64,000 nt of DNA from NCBI RefSeq assembly GCF_030684315.1, contig NC_081394.1, positions 1,612,001 through 1,676,000 on the forward strand, read 5' to 3'. A program made the position numbers and the translations under genes. Source of the DNA: Stegostoma tigrinum (Eukaryota). This document shows, piece after piece, positions 1 through 11,854 of the stretch (the first letter of the stretch is position 1; each line of letters starts with the position of its first letter). The notes below the pieces were generated by a model. The model was not told where the DNA came from. It ran no database searches and worked only from the letters and a program-made list of their open reading frames with translations.

Positions 1-128
1 TCACACCTCGCCTCTGGAATTCAGCTCTTTTGTCCATGTCTGAATAAGGGCTGTGATGGATTGGGGACCAAAGAGTACAGAATTTTAATTTATGTCAATA
101 ATCTTCTAATTAACTTTCTCCGTCACAG

Positions 129-216
129 AAAGCTCATTTGGACTCATAATTGGAATTTGCATGGCACCGCTGGCCTTCATAATCACAATGGTTTTAGTGA
201 TTGTGTGTTACAGAAG
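129..216 (+). CDS. Gene A transmembrane exon (type-I receptor; upstream exons lie outside the window)
   Basis: Acceptor ttctccgtcacag and donor AG|gtaagg; phase 1 to 2. Translates (x)SSFGLIIGICMAPLAFIITMVLVIVCYR(R), a ~22-aa hydrophobic helix followed by basic residues. Confidence 0.85.
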
Positions 217-286
217 GTAAGGACTGTTAGATTACACTCTCAAATATAACACAGCGAAACATGCCAAAAAGCTTCTGTCAAATCTG

Positions 287-530
287 GGTTAGACATCGTT
301 CAGAGCTCAGTGCACAGTCCCAGTCTCCATATCCTTCAATTAGACCCACACTTGGAGCACTGTGCACAGTTCCAGTCTCCGTATTCCTCAGTTAGACCCA
401 CACTTGGAGCACTGTGCACAGTTCCTGTCTCTGTATCCCTCAGATAGACCCACACTCGCAGCACCGTGCACAGTTCCAGTCTCCGTATCCCTCAGTTAGA
501 CCCACACTCGGAGCACTGTGCACTGTCTGG
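287..530 (+). repeat. 52-bp minisatellite derived from the CR1 ORF2 'LVRPHLEYCVQFWSP' segment
   Basis: About 4.5 copies of gttagacccacacttggagcactgtgcacagttccagtctccgtatccctca (starts at 391, 443, 495). Resembles gttagaccgcacttggaatactgcgtccagttc in the CR1 at 31721. Confidence 0.8.
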
Positions 531-1371
531 TCTTGTAAAATAGATACAAGTTCATTTGAGAAGTTTGATCACCCATTGGCTGAAATGATCCCAGAATTGA
601 GAGGTTCTAACAGTTTAAAGAGAGTGAATGCACTGAGGCTGTTTCCTCCTGGAGAGAGGAAGCTGAGGGGTGAACTGATAGAGGATTTTAAAATTCTGAA
701 AGGGGTTTCAATTGGGGAATGGTAGAGAAGATGGAAGGGGGAGACCAAAACAAGGAGACATTGAAAGAAGATAGTCCCACATAAATCTAGTGGGGAATAC
801 AGAAGAAACGTCATCACCCGGACAGTGGGCAATAATTGTGGAATTTGATCCCACAAGGGGCTGGTGGGTGAAGAATGTGGGACTGACTCGCACAGGGAGT
901 AAGAAAGAATGTGGGACTGACTCCCTTCGGGAGGTGGGAAGTGCGGGACTGGCTCCCACAGCGGGTTGTGGGGGCAGGGGGGTGGTTGGGTGGGAATTGA
1001 GAGACTCACTCCCACAGGGAATATATGTGGAGAAATGTACAACTCACTTCCACAGAAAGTGGCAGGGAGGAATGTAGGGCCTACTCCAACAGAGAGTAGT
1101 CGAGGTGAATCGTGTCGATCTATTGAAGGGTGGAAAGCTGGATAAACACATGGGACAGAGGGAGGTGAAGAGTACGGTGTGAAGAAGATGATGTGCAGTG
1201 AAATACCAGTAGCGGGGTGATGTGTTGAATGGTCAGTGCCTGAAGCTTATATTGTGGAGCTGTGTGATGGATGGTAGTATTTGGCTATGCCCCTGATCCC
1301 AGGGCTGTGGTATTGACCTCGGGAGCTGTGAACCTTCTTGAAATGTAATTATCTGTGTTCTGTCCTCTCAG

Positions 1372-1456
1372 GAAACAGAATACGTGTGATTGTAGCAGCC
1401 AACAACGCACTGAAGGAACAAACACTGCACACAGTGTGGTCATGAAACATATCCAG
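1372..1456 (+). CDS. Gene A juxtamembrane cytoplasmic exon (tail A, exon 1)
   Basis: Acceptor ttctgtcctctcag, donor CAG|gtttgt; 85 nt, phase 2 to 0, matching the TM exon and the 2471 exon. Translates (R)KQNTCDCSSQQRTEGTNTAHSVVMKHIQ. Confidence 0.7.
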
Positions 1457-1574
1457 GTTTGTGTGGAAACTGCAGGAAATCCAACACAGGGGAGCGCTGA
1501 GTCCACTCAGCCCCTCTTGGCGGCTACCCCATTCCACACAATTGCTGCCCTCACATTCAGCAGTTCAGAGGGCA

Positions 1575-1890
1575 ATCCCTCAGCACTGACCCTCCAACAC
1601 TGCAGCACTACTTCATCACTGACCCTCCTTCAGTGAGGCACTCCCTCAACACTGACCCTCCAACAGTGTGGCATTCCCTCAGTACTGACCCTCCAACAGT
1701 GCGTCACTCCCTCAGCACTGCCCCTCTGCCAGTGCGGCGCTCCATCAGCATTGACCCTCCAACAGTACGGCACTTCCTCAACATTGACTCTCCAATAGTG
1801 TGGCACCCACTCCTCAGCACTAACCCTCTGACAGTGCGGCACTCCCTTAATACTGACCGTCCAGCAGTGCTGCATTCCTTCAGCACTGAA
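1575..1890 (+). repeat. 32-bp minisatellite (cactccctcagcactgaccctccgacagtgcgg type)
   Basis: Tandem copies are directly visible; the same family recurs at six more sites in the window. Confidence 0.9.
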
Positions 1891-2470
1891 AGTGATTCAG
1901 TGATATTTACAGAGACACAAAGAGGTCGACTTATTAAGGGAGTTATTTTGAGAGAGAGGCTGCTCAGTAGAGAGAGATAGAAAGAGAAAGTGACGTCCAG
2001 AGAGAGAGAGAAATACAGAGAAAAACACAATTAAAGGCAGGTTAATGGAGAACCAAAGAGATGGAAAGAAACTTGAATGTAGTTATATGTATTTCTATTA
2101 CAGAGTGGGAGAGTGGCACAGAGCCAGAGAGAGAATGATACAGAGAGCGATACACAAATAAAGGGAGATAAAGAGACAGTTATAAAGCCAGTTATAAAGA
2201 CATTTATACAGAGGAGTGAGAGTAGAGTTAGACAAAGAGATACAGAGATAGAGATACCCAGAGAAAGAGAACTAGAGTTACATGAAGAGAGGGAGAGAAG
2301 TTGACAGGGAGAGTGAGGGAGATGTGGAAAGAGAGATAAACTGGATAAATTGACCCATACTGTCAGCTGAAGGTGTTTGGTGTTGCATTGCATTGCTGTG
2401 ACATGTTGAGCAGGGTAAGGCGCTATCTAAATGCAAGACGCTGAGCAGTGATGTCGGCTGTTCCCTGCAG

Positions 2471-2629
2471 GTGAAGGAGAAGACGGTCTATGAAAATATG
2501 GTGATGACCGAGTGCACGGACTCTCAGAGACACTCCGCACCAGACGGATGTGTGGAGTATGCGACCATTAACTTTGCGAGCAGCTCCCAGATGCCGGCGG
2601 GGCAGAAGCAAACAGGAGCGGCGTGGTAA
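2471..2629 (+). CDS. Gene A terminal cytoplasmic exon, copy 1 (TVYENM + ITIM VEYATI)
   Basis: Acceptor ttccctgcag, phase 0. Translates VKEKTVYENMVMTECTDSQRHSAPDGCVEYATINFASSSQMPAGQKQTGAAW*. Confidence 0.8.
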   Translation: MKEKTVYENMVMTECTDSQRHSAPDGCVEYATINFASSSQMPAGQKQTGAAW

Positions 2630-3762
2630 TGTCTGACAGGGCTGGAGCCTCGCGGTAACCGCGGGATCACGTAGTGCCAGACAATAAGCCCAGCCTGGGC
2701 CGAGGGGTTGGTGCTAACTGGGTTGCTTGTCAGGGGGATAGTACTGTCTTGGAGGGCTGAATGGACTCTTTCTGTACTGTAAAGATTTTCCATGGTGGTT
2801 GGTACACTGGCCTTTCTCAACAGAGTAACATCAAACAGGGCAGCACAGGATCAACACAGGAAGGATGTTCCCAATGACCTTGGAGGTGGGTGACTCTGGA
2901 ACAAGGGCGTCACAGTCAAGAGGAGACGGGGTACGACTGAGATGAGGAGAAATGTCTTCACCCGGAGAGTGGGGAATCTCTGGAATTCTCTGCCACAGAA
3001 GGTGGTTGAGGACAAAACAATGAAGAAGGAGTTTTAGATCTAGATCTTAGGGATAAAGGGATGAAGGGGAATGGGAGAGAAAGTGGGAACAGGGGACTGA
3101 ATTGGATCAACAACCATGATCCTATTGAATAGCTTGAACCGCTGAATGGCCTCCACCTGCCCCTATATTCTATGTTCTTACCACAGGAGGAAGGAGGTGA
3201 TGCTGAACTTGTCCAAGACCATGGCTCAGCCTCGGCTGGAGGGTTATATCCAGTTCTGGGCCCTTGCTCTTCAGGAAGGATGTGAAGCCTTTAGAGAGGA
3301 TGTGGAAAAGATTCAGTAGAAGAGTCCCAGGGATGAGGGGCTTCAGTGACATGGAGAGATCGGAGAGACTGGGACTATCTTCCTCGGAGAGGAGATATCT
3401 CCAAGAGCGAGATTTATCAAGGGATTCAAAACCATGCGGGAATCTGGACAGAGCAGAGAGGGAGCACCTGTACCTATGGAGGGATCGGGGGTGGATAAGG
3501 AATCAGATGAATACGGATTGGAGAGAATCAGGAAAAGAGGAGATGGAGACACGAGGAGAGATGGTTCCACAAAGTGAGTGGTTTCGGTTTGGAATGTATT
3601 GTCTGAGAGTGTGGGGGAGGCAGGTTCACTCGAGTGGTTCAGGTCTGGAATGTACTGCCCAAGAGTGTTCGGGAGGCAGGGTCACTCAAGGATTCTGAGA
3701 GGAAATTGGATCATTATTGGAAGAGGAACAGTGGTCAGTCAGAAAGCTTCAGTCTGGGAAGA

Positions 3763-3922
3763 TAAAGTGTGGAGCTGGATGAACACAGCAGGCCAAGCAG
3801 CATCATAGGAGCACAAACACAAGGATCTTATGCTCCTAAGATGCTGCTTGGCCTGCTGTGTTCATCCAGCTCCACACTTTGTTCTCTTGGATTCTCCAGC
3901 ACTGGCAGTTCCCATTATCTCT
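3763..3922. mobile_element. Short fold-back insertion made of two inverted PLE pLTR 3' ends, 16-bp TSD
   Basis: TSD cttcagtctgggaaga at 3747-3762 and 3923-3938. Arms aaagtgtggagctggatgaacacagcaggccaagcagcatc and its reverse complement; same sequence as the pLTR at 21039-21170. Confidence 0.85.
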
Positions 3923-4298
3923 CTTCAGTCTGGGAAGAGCCAGGTTGATTCTGCAGAGCGCCAAGACAGAGCTGAGGCCTGGATGGTCTTTGTCTGTCTG
4001 GCAGTTAGCCCTGATTCTCAATTCAGCTTCATCCTAAACTGAGACCTCATTCTGTACATCAGCATGAGCTGAGTCCCTCTCTGCACTTGCCTCAGTTTGA
4101 TTCCAAGCACCTAGTCTTCACCCTCGTGTCAGGGGATTTACTTGTCTGAGCCCACTAATTAATGCCTGTCCCTTGTTGACCCTTCAGGAGGTGGGGGTGG
4201 GCTGCAATCATGCACCGCCGCAGTCCATGTGCTTAACCCACAATGTCCTTAGGGAGGGACTTCCAGGATTTTCACACAGAGAAACCGAAGGAACGGGG

Positions 4299-5574
4299 AT
4301 ATAGAACATAGAACATAGAACATAGAACAGTACAGCACAGAACAGGCCCTTCAGCCCACAATGTTGTGCCGACCATTGATCCTCATGGATGCACCCTCAA
4401 ATTTCTGTGACCATATGCATGTCCAGCAGTCTCTTAAATGACCCCAATGACCTTGCTTCCACAACTGCTGCTGGCAACGCATTCCATGCTCTCACAACTC
4501 TCTGCGTAAAGAACCTGCCTCTGACATCCCCTCTATACTTTCCACCAACCAGCTTAAAACTATGACCCCTCGTGCTAGCCATTTCTGCCCTGGGAAATAG
4601 TCTCTGGCTATCGACTCTATCTATGCCTCTCATTATCTTGTATACCTCAATTAGGTCCCCTCTCCTCCTCCTTTTCTCCAATGAAAAGAGACCGAGCTCA
4701 GTCAACCTCTCTTCATAAGATAAGCCCTCCAGTCCAGGCAGCATCCTGGTAAACCTCCTCTGAACCCTCTCCAAAGCATCCACATCTTTCCTATAATAGG
4801 GCGCCCAGAACTGGACGCAGTATTCCAAGTGCGGTCTAACCAAAGTTTTATAGAGCTGCAACAAGATCTCACGACTCTTAAACTCAATCCCCCTGTTAAT
4901 GAAAGCCAAAACACCATATGCTTTCTTAACAACCCTGTCCACTTGGGTGGCCATTTTAAGGGATCTATGTATCTGCACACCAAGATCCCTCTGTTCCTCC
5001 ACTCTGCCAAGAATCCTATCCTTAATCCTGTACTCAGCTTTCAAATTCGACCTTCCAAAATGCATCACCTCGCATTTATCCAGGTTGAACTCCATCTGCC
5101 ACCTCTCAGCCCATCTCTGCATCCTGTCAATGTCCCGCTGCAGCCTACAACAGCCCTCTACACTGTCAACGACACCTCCGACCTTTGTGTCGTCTGCAAA
5201 CTTGCTGACCCATCCTTCAATTCCCTCGTCCAAGTCATTAATAAAAATTACAAACAGTAGAGGCCCAAGGACAGAGCCCTGTGGAACCCCACTCACCACT
5301 GACTTCCAGGCAGAATATTTTCCTTCTACTACCACTCGCTGTCTTCTGTTGGCCAGCCAATTCTGTATCCAAGCAGCTAAGTTCCCCTGTATCCCATTCC
5401 TCCTGACCTTCTGAATGAGCCTTCCATGGGGAACCTTATCAAATGCCTTACTGAAGTCCATATACACCACATCCACAGCTTGACCCTCATCAACCTTACT
5501 AGTCACATCCTCAAAAAACTCGATAAGGTTTGTAAGGCATGACCTACCCCTCACAAAGCCGTGTTGACTGTATT
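4299..5574 (-). mobile_element. Young 5'-truncated CR1/L3 LINE (intact 385-aa RT ORF 4397-5554)
   Basis: Motifs YMDFSKAFDKV, GVPQGSVLGP, KFADD, LVRPHLEYC; (GAACATA)n tail. Absent at the equivalent position of duplication unit 2. Confidence 0.95.
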
Positions 5575-7169
5575 AAAAGACTATATTTCCCAAATCAGGA
5601 TGGGGAGTGTCTCCGAGGAGAGCTTGCTGGGGATTGTGTTCTCACGTATCTGCTTCTAGATGGAAGTGGCCGTGGGTTTGGAAGGTGCTGCCTGAGGAGC
5701 CTTGGTGAGTTTCTGCAGTGCATCTTGTAGATGGTACACACTGCTGCCACTGAGCGTGGTTGGTTGAGTGAATGGTTGATGAAGGTGGTGCTTATCAATG
5801 AGAAGGTGGGGACCAGAAATCAGGCGGAGGAGATCTGAAAAGAGAAGGAAGTTGGACGTGATATTTTTCAAAAATCTCTCATGGGATGTGGGCTTCACTG
5901 ACAAGTGCCCCATCCCTAATTACCCCTCATTAAGTATCACATTCAGCCATTTGAGAGGGCAGTTAAACATGAACCATATTGGCCAGGAGTTACGTGCAGC
6001 CCAGAACCATTGAGGATGGTAGATTTCCCTCCCTGAGGTGAGACCACAGCTGGTGTATAGTGTACAGTTGTGAAGACAGCAGTGAATAAAGCACGCAGTG
6101 CCCTCGGGTTTATTCACAGGGGCACAGAGTACAGGAGCAGGGGGGTGATGGTGAACTTGTTCAAGAGCCTTGTTACTCCTCAGCTAGAGTATTGTGTCCA
6201 GTTGTGGGCCCCACATTATCAGGAAGATGGGAACGTGTTAGAGAGACAGAGAGAGAGAGTGTGGAAGGGATTTACAGGAACGGCCCCAGGGATGAGAAGG
6301 CTCTGTGCTGAGAATAGGTTGAAGCAGCTGGGGGCGGCTCCCCCTCAGGGAGGAGAAGGCTGAGGGACAGGGAGATTCAATCGGTGGGGGGGGGACTCAA
6401 ACCTGTGAGCAGGGGCTGGACAGAGTCGATCGGGAGAAGTTGTTCCCGCTGGGAAAAGGGACAAGAATGAGATGGGGGGGGGGAAGCGTAGATTTAAAGT
6501 GATGTGCAAACGGAGCGAGGGGGTTGTGAGGGGAAACACCGTGTTCCCCGCTCCCCCCCACCCCACAGTGAGTAGTTAGGGGGTGGAAATGTTTGTGGGG
6601 AGGTGGGCAGGTTCAACTGGAGCATCAGGGAGGGGCATTGGATGGGGATTGGGATAGAAATGGGGGGGCAGGGAGATGGGGAGGTGAGGGAGGAGATTGG
6701 GGGGGAGATTAGGATAGAAATGGGGGGGAACGGAGCTGGGGGGTGGGGAAAGGAGGAGATGGGCACCCAGGAATGCTGCTCATTTGAAGAGCTGGCAAAG
6801 GGATAATGGCTCGACTGGCCTCCTGTCATGTAACACTTCAGTGACTCCAAGCGACATTCCTGAAACAGATGAGTTTAAATGGATCACCATTTCAGTTCAA
6901 TGAGGGACTTCAATGAACGATCCCTCATTCCCCAACACGGCATTTCAATCAGGGAGTGATTACAGTAATATTAATTAATCTGTTTGAAGCTGATTGAAGG
7001 AGGGAGTGGTGATGTTGGTGGTGGGTGGTGTTGGGATACTGAGGGGATGTGGGGTTGGAATTTGTCCCAGACTTCTCAGACCATCACTGGAATGAGAAAT
7101 CGGGTGAGATTTCCAGTTTGTATTTTCTGACCGGCCAATATCTGCAGAGACTGGGGTAGGCTTAGGGTT

Positions 7170-7386
7170 ATGAATGTCTGTGTGTGTCTGTGTGTGCAAA
7201 TGTGTTTCTGTGTGTGTGGGAGTCTGTGTCTGTTGATATGTGAGTGTATCTGAGTGTGTGTGAGTATCGCTGAATGTGTGTGGTATGTCTGTGTGTGCGT
7301 GTCTTTGAGTGCCTGTGTGCGTGTTTGTGTGTCATTATATGTGTGTCGGTATATGTGTGTTGGCTTGATTGGTTTTGCTCTGTGTG

Positions 7387-7432
<46 letters not shown>
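7170..7432 (+). repeat. (GT)n-rich microsatellite
   Basis: Degenerate then near-perfect TG run at 7381-7431. Confidence 0.9.
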
Positions 7433-7525
7433 GGTGGGGGGGAGGTTAGAGGGTAAATAGGAGGAGAGCTGCCCATGATATTTATTGTACTTTCCAGCTC
7501 ACACTGTGCTTTCTGATATTCACAG

Positions 7526-7610
7526 GGGGAAAGGGAAGAAAGTTCTAAGAACAAGTTCTGACAACGATCCCATAGTTGTTTACAGCTTGATAAAGAAGGC
7601 ATCATCTCAG
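7526..7610 (+). CDS. Candidate alternative juxtamembrane exon of gene A with an ITIM (VVYSLI)
   Basis: Acceptor ctttctgatattcacag, donor CAG|gtatgg; 85 nt, phase 2 to 0. Translates (R)GKGKKVLRTSSDNDPIVVYSLIKKASSQ. The frame also stays open to a stop at 7766 if the donor is not used. Confidence 0.55.
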
Positions 7611-7887
7611 GTATGGCGGCCCTCATCCCCAAGAGACTGGTGGGACCAAGTTCATGGAGGCTGGGTGAGGATACTCGCTGGCTGGGTTCAATCCCGGGGA
7701 CAGAGATACCCAGAGCACAGACAAGGCAGTAGCTCTGAGAAGCCCCAGATCGTCCTATCAGAATAACAGCGCGAGGTGTCTGCGACAGGCTTGTGATGTG
7801 GATCAACAGAAAACACCCGTCACAGTGAGAGAGACATTGGTTCAAATGCCCATCCAACCCTGTGCCACAGTGGCAAATTCGCCATCG

Positions 7888-8112
7888 CAGAGGGTCAGTG
7901 CTGAGGGAGTGCCGCACTGTTGGAGGGTCAGTGCTGAGGGAGTGCCGCACTGTTGGAGGGTCAGTGCTGAGGGAGCGGGCATTGTCAGAGGGTCAGTACT
8001 GAGGGGGAGCCGCACTGTCAGAGGTTCAGTGCTTAGGGAGTGCTGCACTGTTGGAGGGTCAGTACCGAGGGAGAGCCGTATTGTCAGAGGGTCAGTGCTG
8101 AGGGAGCACTGC
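7888..8112 (-). repeat. 32-bp minisatellite (reverse orientation)
   Basis: gagggtcagtgctgagggagtgccgcactgtt units. Confidence 0.9.
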
Positions 8113-8399
8113 GCTCTCCCCTGCTTCCAGCACACACCTCCCACAATAGGGCAAGTTTCTGTTCTGACGGTTACAGGGAACAAGTCTCCTTTTTCAGTCA
8201 CTCAATCATGTTGACACAATGGAGCCCAATGGCCTGCACTGCAAGGGCACATTTTGAAATGTGCGGGAAAGGTGCAAGCCAATGAGAAATATCAACTTCC
8301 TCTCAACGTTCCCTCATTTTCTGTCGCTCTTCCAGATGTAAAACTAACCCCTCCCCCTCAATAGATTCTGGGTCCTGATCATCACCACTTCAAGATTCC

Positions 8400-8885
8400 T
8401 TACCTTTGTAACCCGTGCTAATCCCTACACCCCTCCCTATCTCTGTAACATCCTCCAGTCCCTACACCCCTCCCTATCTCTGTAACCTCTTCCAGCCCCT
8501 ACACCCCCTCCCTATCTCTGTAACCTGCTCCAGCCCCTGCACCCCCTCCCTATCTCTGTAACCTGCTCCAGCCCCTACACCCCCTCCCTATCTCTGTAAC
8601 CTCCTCCAGCCCCTACAACCCCTTCCTATCTATGTAACCTGCTCCAGCCCTTACACCCCACCCAGCCTCCGTAATCTCTGCCAGCCCCTACACCCTCCCC
8701 ATCTCTGTAATCTCCTCTAGCCCGTACATCCCTCCCTATCTCTGTCAACTGCTCCAAACCTACACCCTTCTATATCACTGTAACCTCCCCAGTCCCTGCA
8801 CCCTCCTTATGTCTATACCCTGTTCTAGCCCCTATACTCCTCCCTGTTTCTGAAACATCCTCCAGCCCTACACCCTCACTATCTT
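8400..8885 (+). repeat. ~35-bp C-rich minisatellite (ccctccctatctctgtaacctcctccagcccctacac)
   Basis: Tandem copies visible; also at 16360-16865 and 39650-39990. Confidence 0.9.
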
Positions 8886-9852
8886 GGTAGTTCTGACCTG
8901 CACGGTCCTCCACCATTTCACCCTCAGCCTGCTGCACGTTTGTCATGTTGTATGGCCCTCAGTAAGACGTTTGACAAGGCTTTGTATGGTAGACTGATTA
9001 ACAAAGTTAGATCACATGAAATACAGGGAGAACTAGCCATTTGTACCCAAAACTGGCTCAAAGTTAAGCGACAGAGGCTTGTTGCTTTTCAGACTGGAGG
9101 CCTGTGACCAGTGGTGTGCCATCATGGTTGGTGCTGGGTTCACTGCTTTTTGTTATTTCTATCAATGATTTGGATTGGAATGTAGGGGAGGGGGCATAGT
9201 CAGTAAGTGTGCACATGACACCAATATTGGAGGTGTAGTGAACAGCAACGGTTACCTCAGAGTAAAACGAGACCTTGATCAGATGAGGAGTGGCAGTTGG
9301 AGTTTAATGGAATTGGAAGTAGAGAGAGATTCAATTATACACAGATATCCAGAAGAGAGAGACAGAGGGAGCGAGAGAAATAGAGTGAAAAGGAAGAGAT
9401 GAAGAGAGATTTGAAAAATGACAGATATAGAGAGAGAAACAGAGAGAGAAAGCAACAGAGAGACAGTGGTAGAAACCCAGAGCATTAGAAACAGAGTTAC
9501 ACAAATAGGGGGAGATAAAAAGATAGACAGGAAATAGAGAGATAAAGCAATAGAAACAGAGAGATTGAGACAGGACATAAGGCAAGAGATACAGTTGTAG
9601 AGACACACAGAGGCAGAGAGAGGTAGAGTGATGTACAGAAAGAGGGAGAGAAGTTGTCAGGGAGAGTGAGGGAGATGTGGAAAGAGAGATGAACTGGATA
9701 AACTGATCCATACTGTTAGCCGAAGTTGTCTGGTGTCGGACTGTGTTGCTGCGATATGTTGAGCTAGGCAAGGCACTATATAAATGCATGTTGCTGAGCA
9801 GTGATCTCGGCTGACCCTGCTGCTGCTGCCATTGTTGTTATGTTCCCTGCAG

Positions 9853-10017
9853 GTGAACGAGACGAACGTCTATGAAAATATGGTGATGACCGGGCGCACG
9901 GACTCTCAGGCGCACTCCCCGCCAGACGGATGTGTAGAGTATGCAACCATTAACTTTGTGAGCAGCTCCCAGACCCCAGGGGGGCAGAAGCCAAGTGGCT
10001 CGGTAATGTCTGACTGA
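9853..10017 (+). CDS. Gene A terminal cytoplasmic exon, copy 2 (NVYENM + ITIM VEYATI)
   Basis: Acceptor ttgttatgttccctgcag, phase 0. Translates VNETNVYENMVMTGRTDSQAHSPPDGCVEYATINFVSSSQTPGGQKPSGSVMSD*. Confidence 0.75.
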   Translation: MNETNVYENMVMTGRTDSQAHSPPDGCVEYATINFVSSSQTPGGQKPSGSVMSD

Positions 10018-11854
10018 GGGCTGGAACTGCGCGTTAACAGCCAGACCACGTAACCCCAGAGAATAAGCCCACCCTAGGCCGAGGGATTGGTGTTGACTGG
10101 GTTGCCCTATCAGGGAGTAAGATGGACATGGTGGGCTGAATGGTGTCCTTTGTACTGTATAGACTTTCCATGGTGGTTGGCACACTGACCTTTCTCAACA
10201 GAGTAACATTCAACAGGACAGCACAGGGTCAATACAGGATGGATGTTCCCAATGACCTAGGGGTGTGAGGGGGTGGTCTCTGAAAGTAGGGGGTCACAGT
10301 CAAAAGGAGACAGGGTAGGACTGAGATGAGGAGAAATGTCTTCGCCCAGAGAGTGGGGAGCCTCTGGAATTCTCTGCCCCAGACAAAACACTGACAAAGG
10401 AGTTAAACCTAGTTCTTACAAAAAAAGCGGGATGGGAGAGAAAGTGGGAACAGGGGACTGAATTGGATCAACAACCATGATCCTATTGAATAGCTTGAAC
10501 CGCTGAATGTCCACCACCTACTCCTTTAGTCTATGTTTCTACCACAGCAGGAAGGAGGTGATGCTGAGCTTGTCCAAGACACTGGCTCAGCCTTGGCTGG
10601 AGGGGTATGTCCAGTTCTGGGCCCTTGCTTTTTAGGAAGGATGTGAAGCATTTAGAGGGGACGTGGAAAATTTTCAGGAGAATGGTCCCAGGGATGAGGG
10701 GCTTCAGTGACATGAAGAGATCGGAGATACTGGGAGTGTCCTCCTCCAAGAGGAGAAATCTCCAAGAGGGAGATTTCATTGAGGAGTTCAAAACCATGAG
10801 GGAATCTGGACAGAGGAGAGAGTGTGCGCCTGTACCCAAGTGGGGTGGATCAGGAATCAGATGAACATGAATTGGAGAGAATCAGAAAAAGAGGAGATGG
10901 AGACACGAGGAGAGACGGTTTCACACAGTGAGTGGTTACGGTCTGGAATTTACTGCCTGTGAGTGTGGGAGAGGCAGGTTCACACAAAGATTCTGAGAGG
11001 AAATGGAGGGAATTCCAGCATTTTGACTCAGCAACCCTGAAAAAATTGCAGTATGTTCCCAAGTCAGGATGGTGAATGGCTCAGTGGGGAACCTACAGGG
11101 GATGGTGTTCCCATGTACCTGCTGCCATTGTCCTTCCCGATGGAAGTGATTGTGTGTTTGGAATGTGTTGTCTAAGGAGCCTTGGTGAGTTTCTGCAGAG
11201 CATCTTGTAGATAGTACACTCTGCTGCTACTGAGCATCGGTGGTGGAGGGAGTGGATGATGAAGGTGCTGCTTATCAATGAGAAGACAGGGTCCAGAAAT
11301 CAGCCAGAGGAGGTGTGAAAAGAGAAGGAAGTTGGACGTGATAGTTTTTAAAAACCTTACATGGGATGTGGACTTCACTGACAAGACCAACATTTGTTGC
11401 CCCATCCCTAATTACCCTTCATTAAGTGTCACATTCAGCTATCTCAAAGGGCAGTTAAATGTCAACCATATTGGTCAGGAGTCATGTGTACCCCAGAACC
11501 ATTGAGGACGGTAGCTTTTCCTCCCTGAGATGAGACTGCAGCGGGCTTAAGTGTTTGGCTGTGGAGAGAGCAGTGAATAAAGCACACAGTGCCCTCGGCT
11601 TTATTTACAGAGGCATGGAGTACAAGACCGGGGGGGGGGGGGGGGGGGAAGATGGTGAACTTGTACAAGTGTTACACCTCAGCTGCAGTATTGTGTCCAG
11701 GTGTGTGCCCCACACTATAAGGAAGACGGGAATGCATTGAAGAGAGAGTGTGTGCAGGACGATTTACAAGAATGGTTCTAGGGATGAGAATCCTCTGTGT
11801 TGAGGATGTATTGAAGCAGTTGGGGACTGTTCCCCTCAGAGAGGAGAAGGCTGA

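Larger units (their letters stand above)
1990..8890 (+). repeat. Tandem segmental duplication, unit 1 (paralogous to ~9330-16870)
   Basis: Same order of blocks in both units: GA-rich tract, ITIM exon, old CR1 pieces, GT tract, GKGKK exon, 32-bp and ~35-bp minisatellites. Both units end in atcttggta. Boundaries approximate. Confidence 0.85.

Noticed and set aside
6600-6770. G-rich tract as a functional G-quadruplex element
   Set aside because: Slippage expansion of an old CR1 3' region; the paralogous unit (~14900-14960) lacks it.
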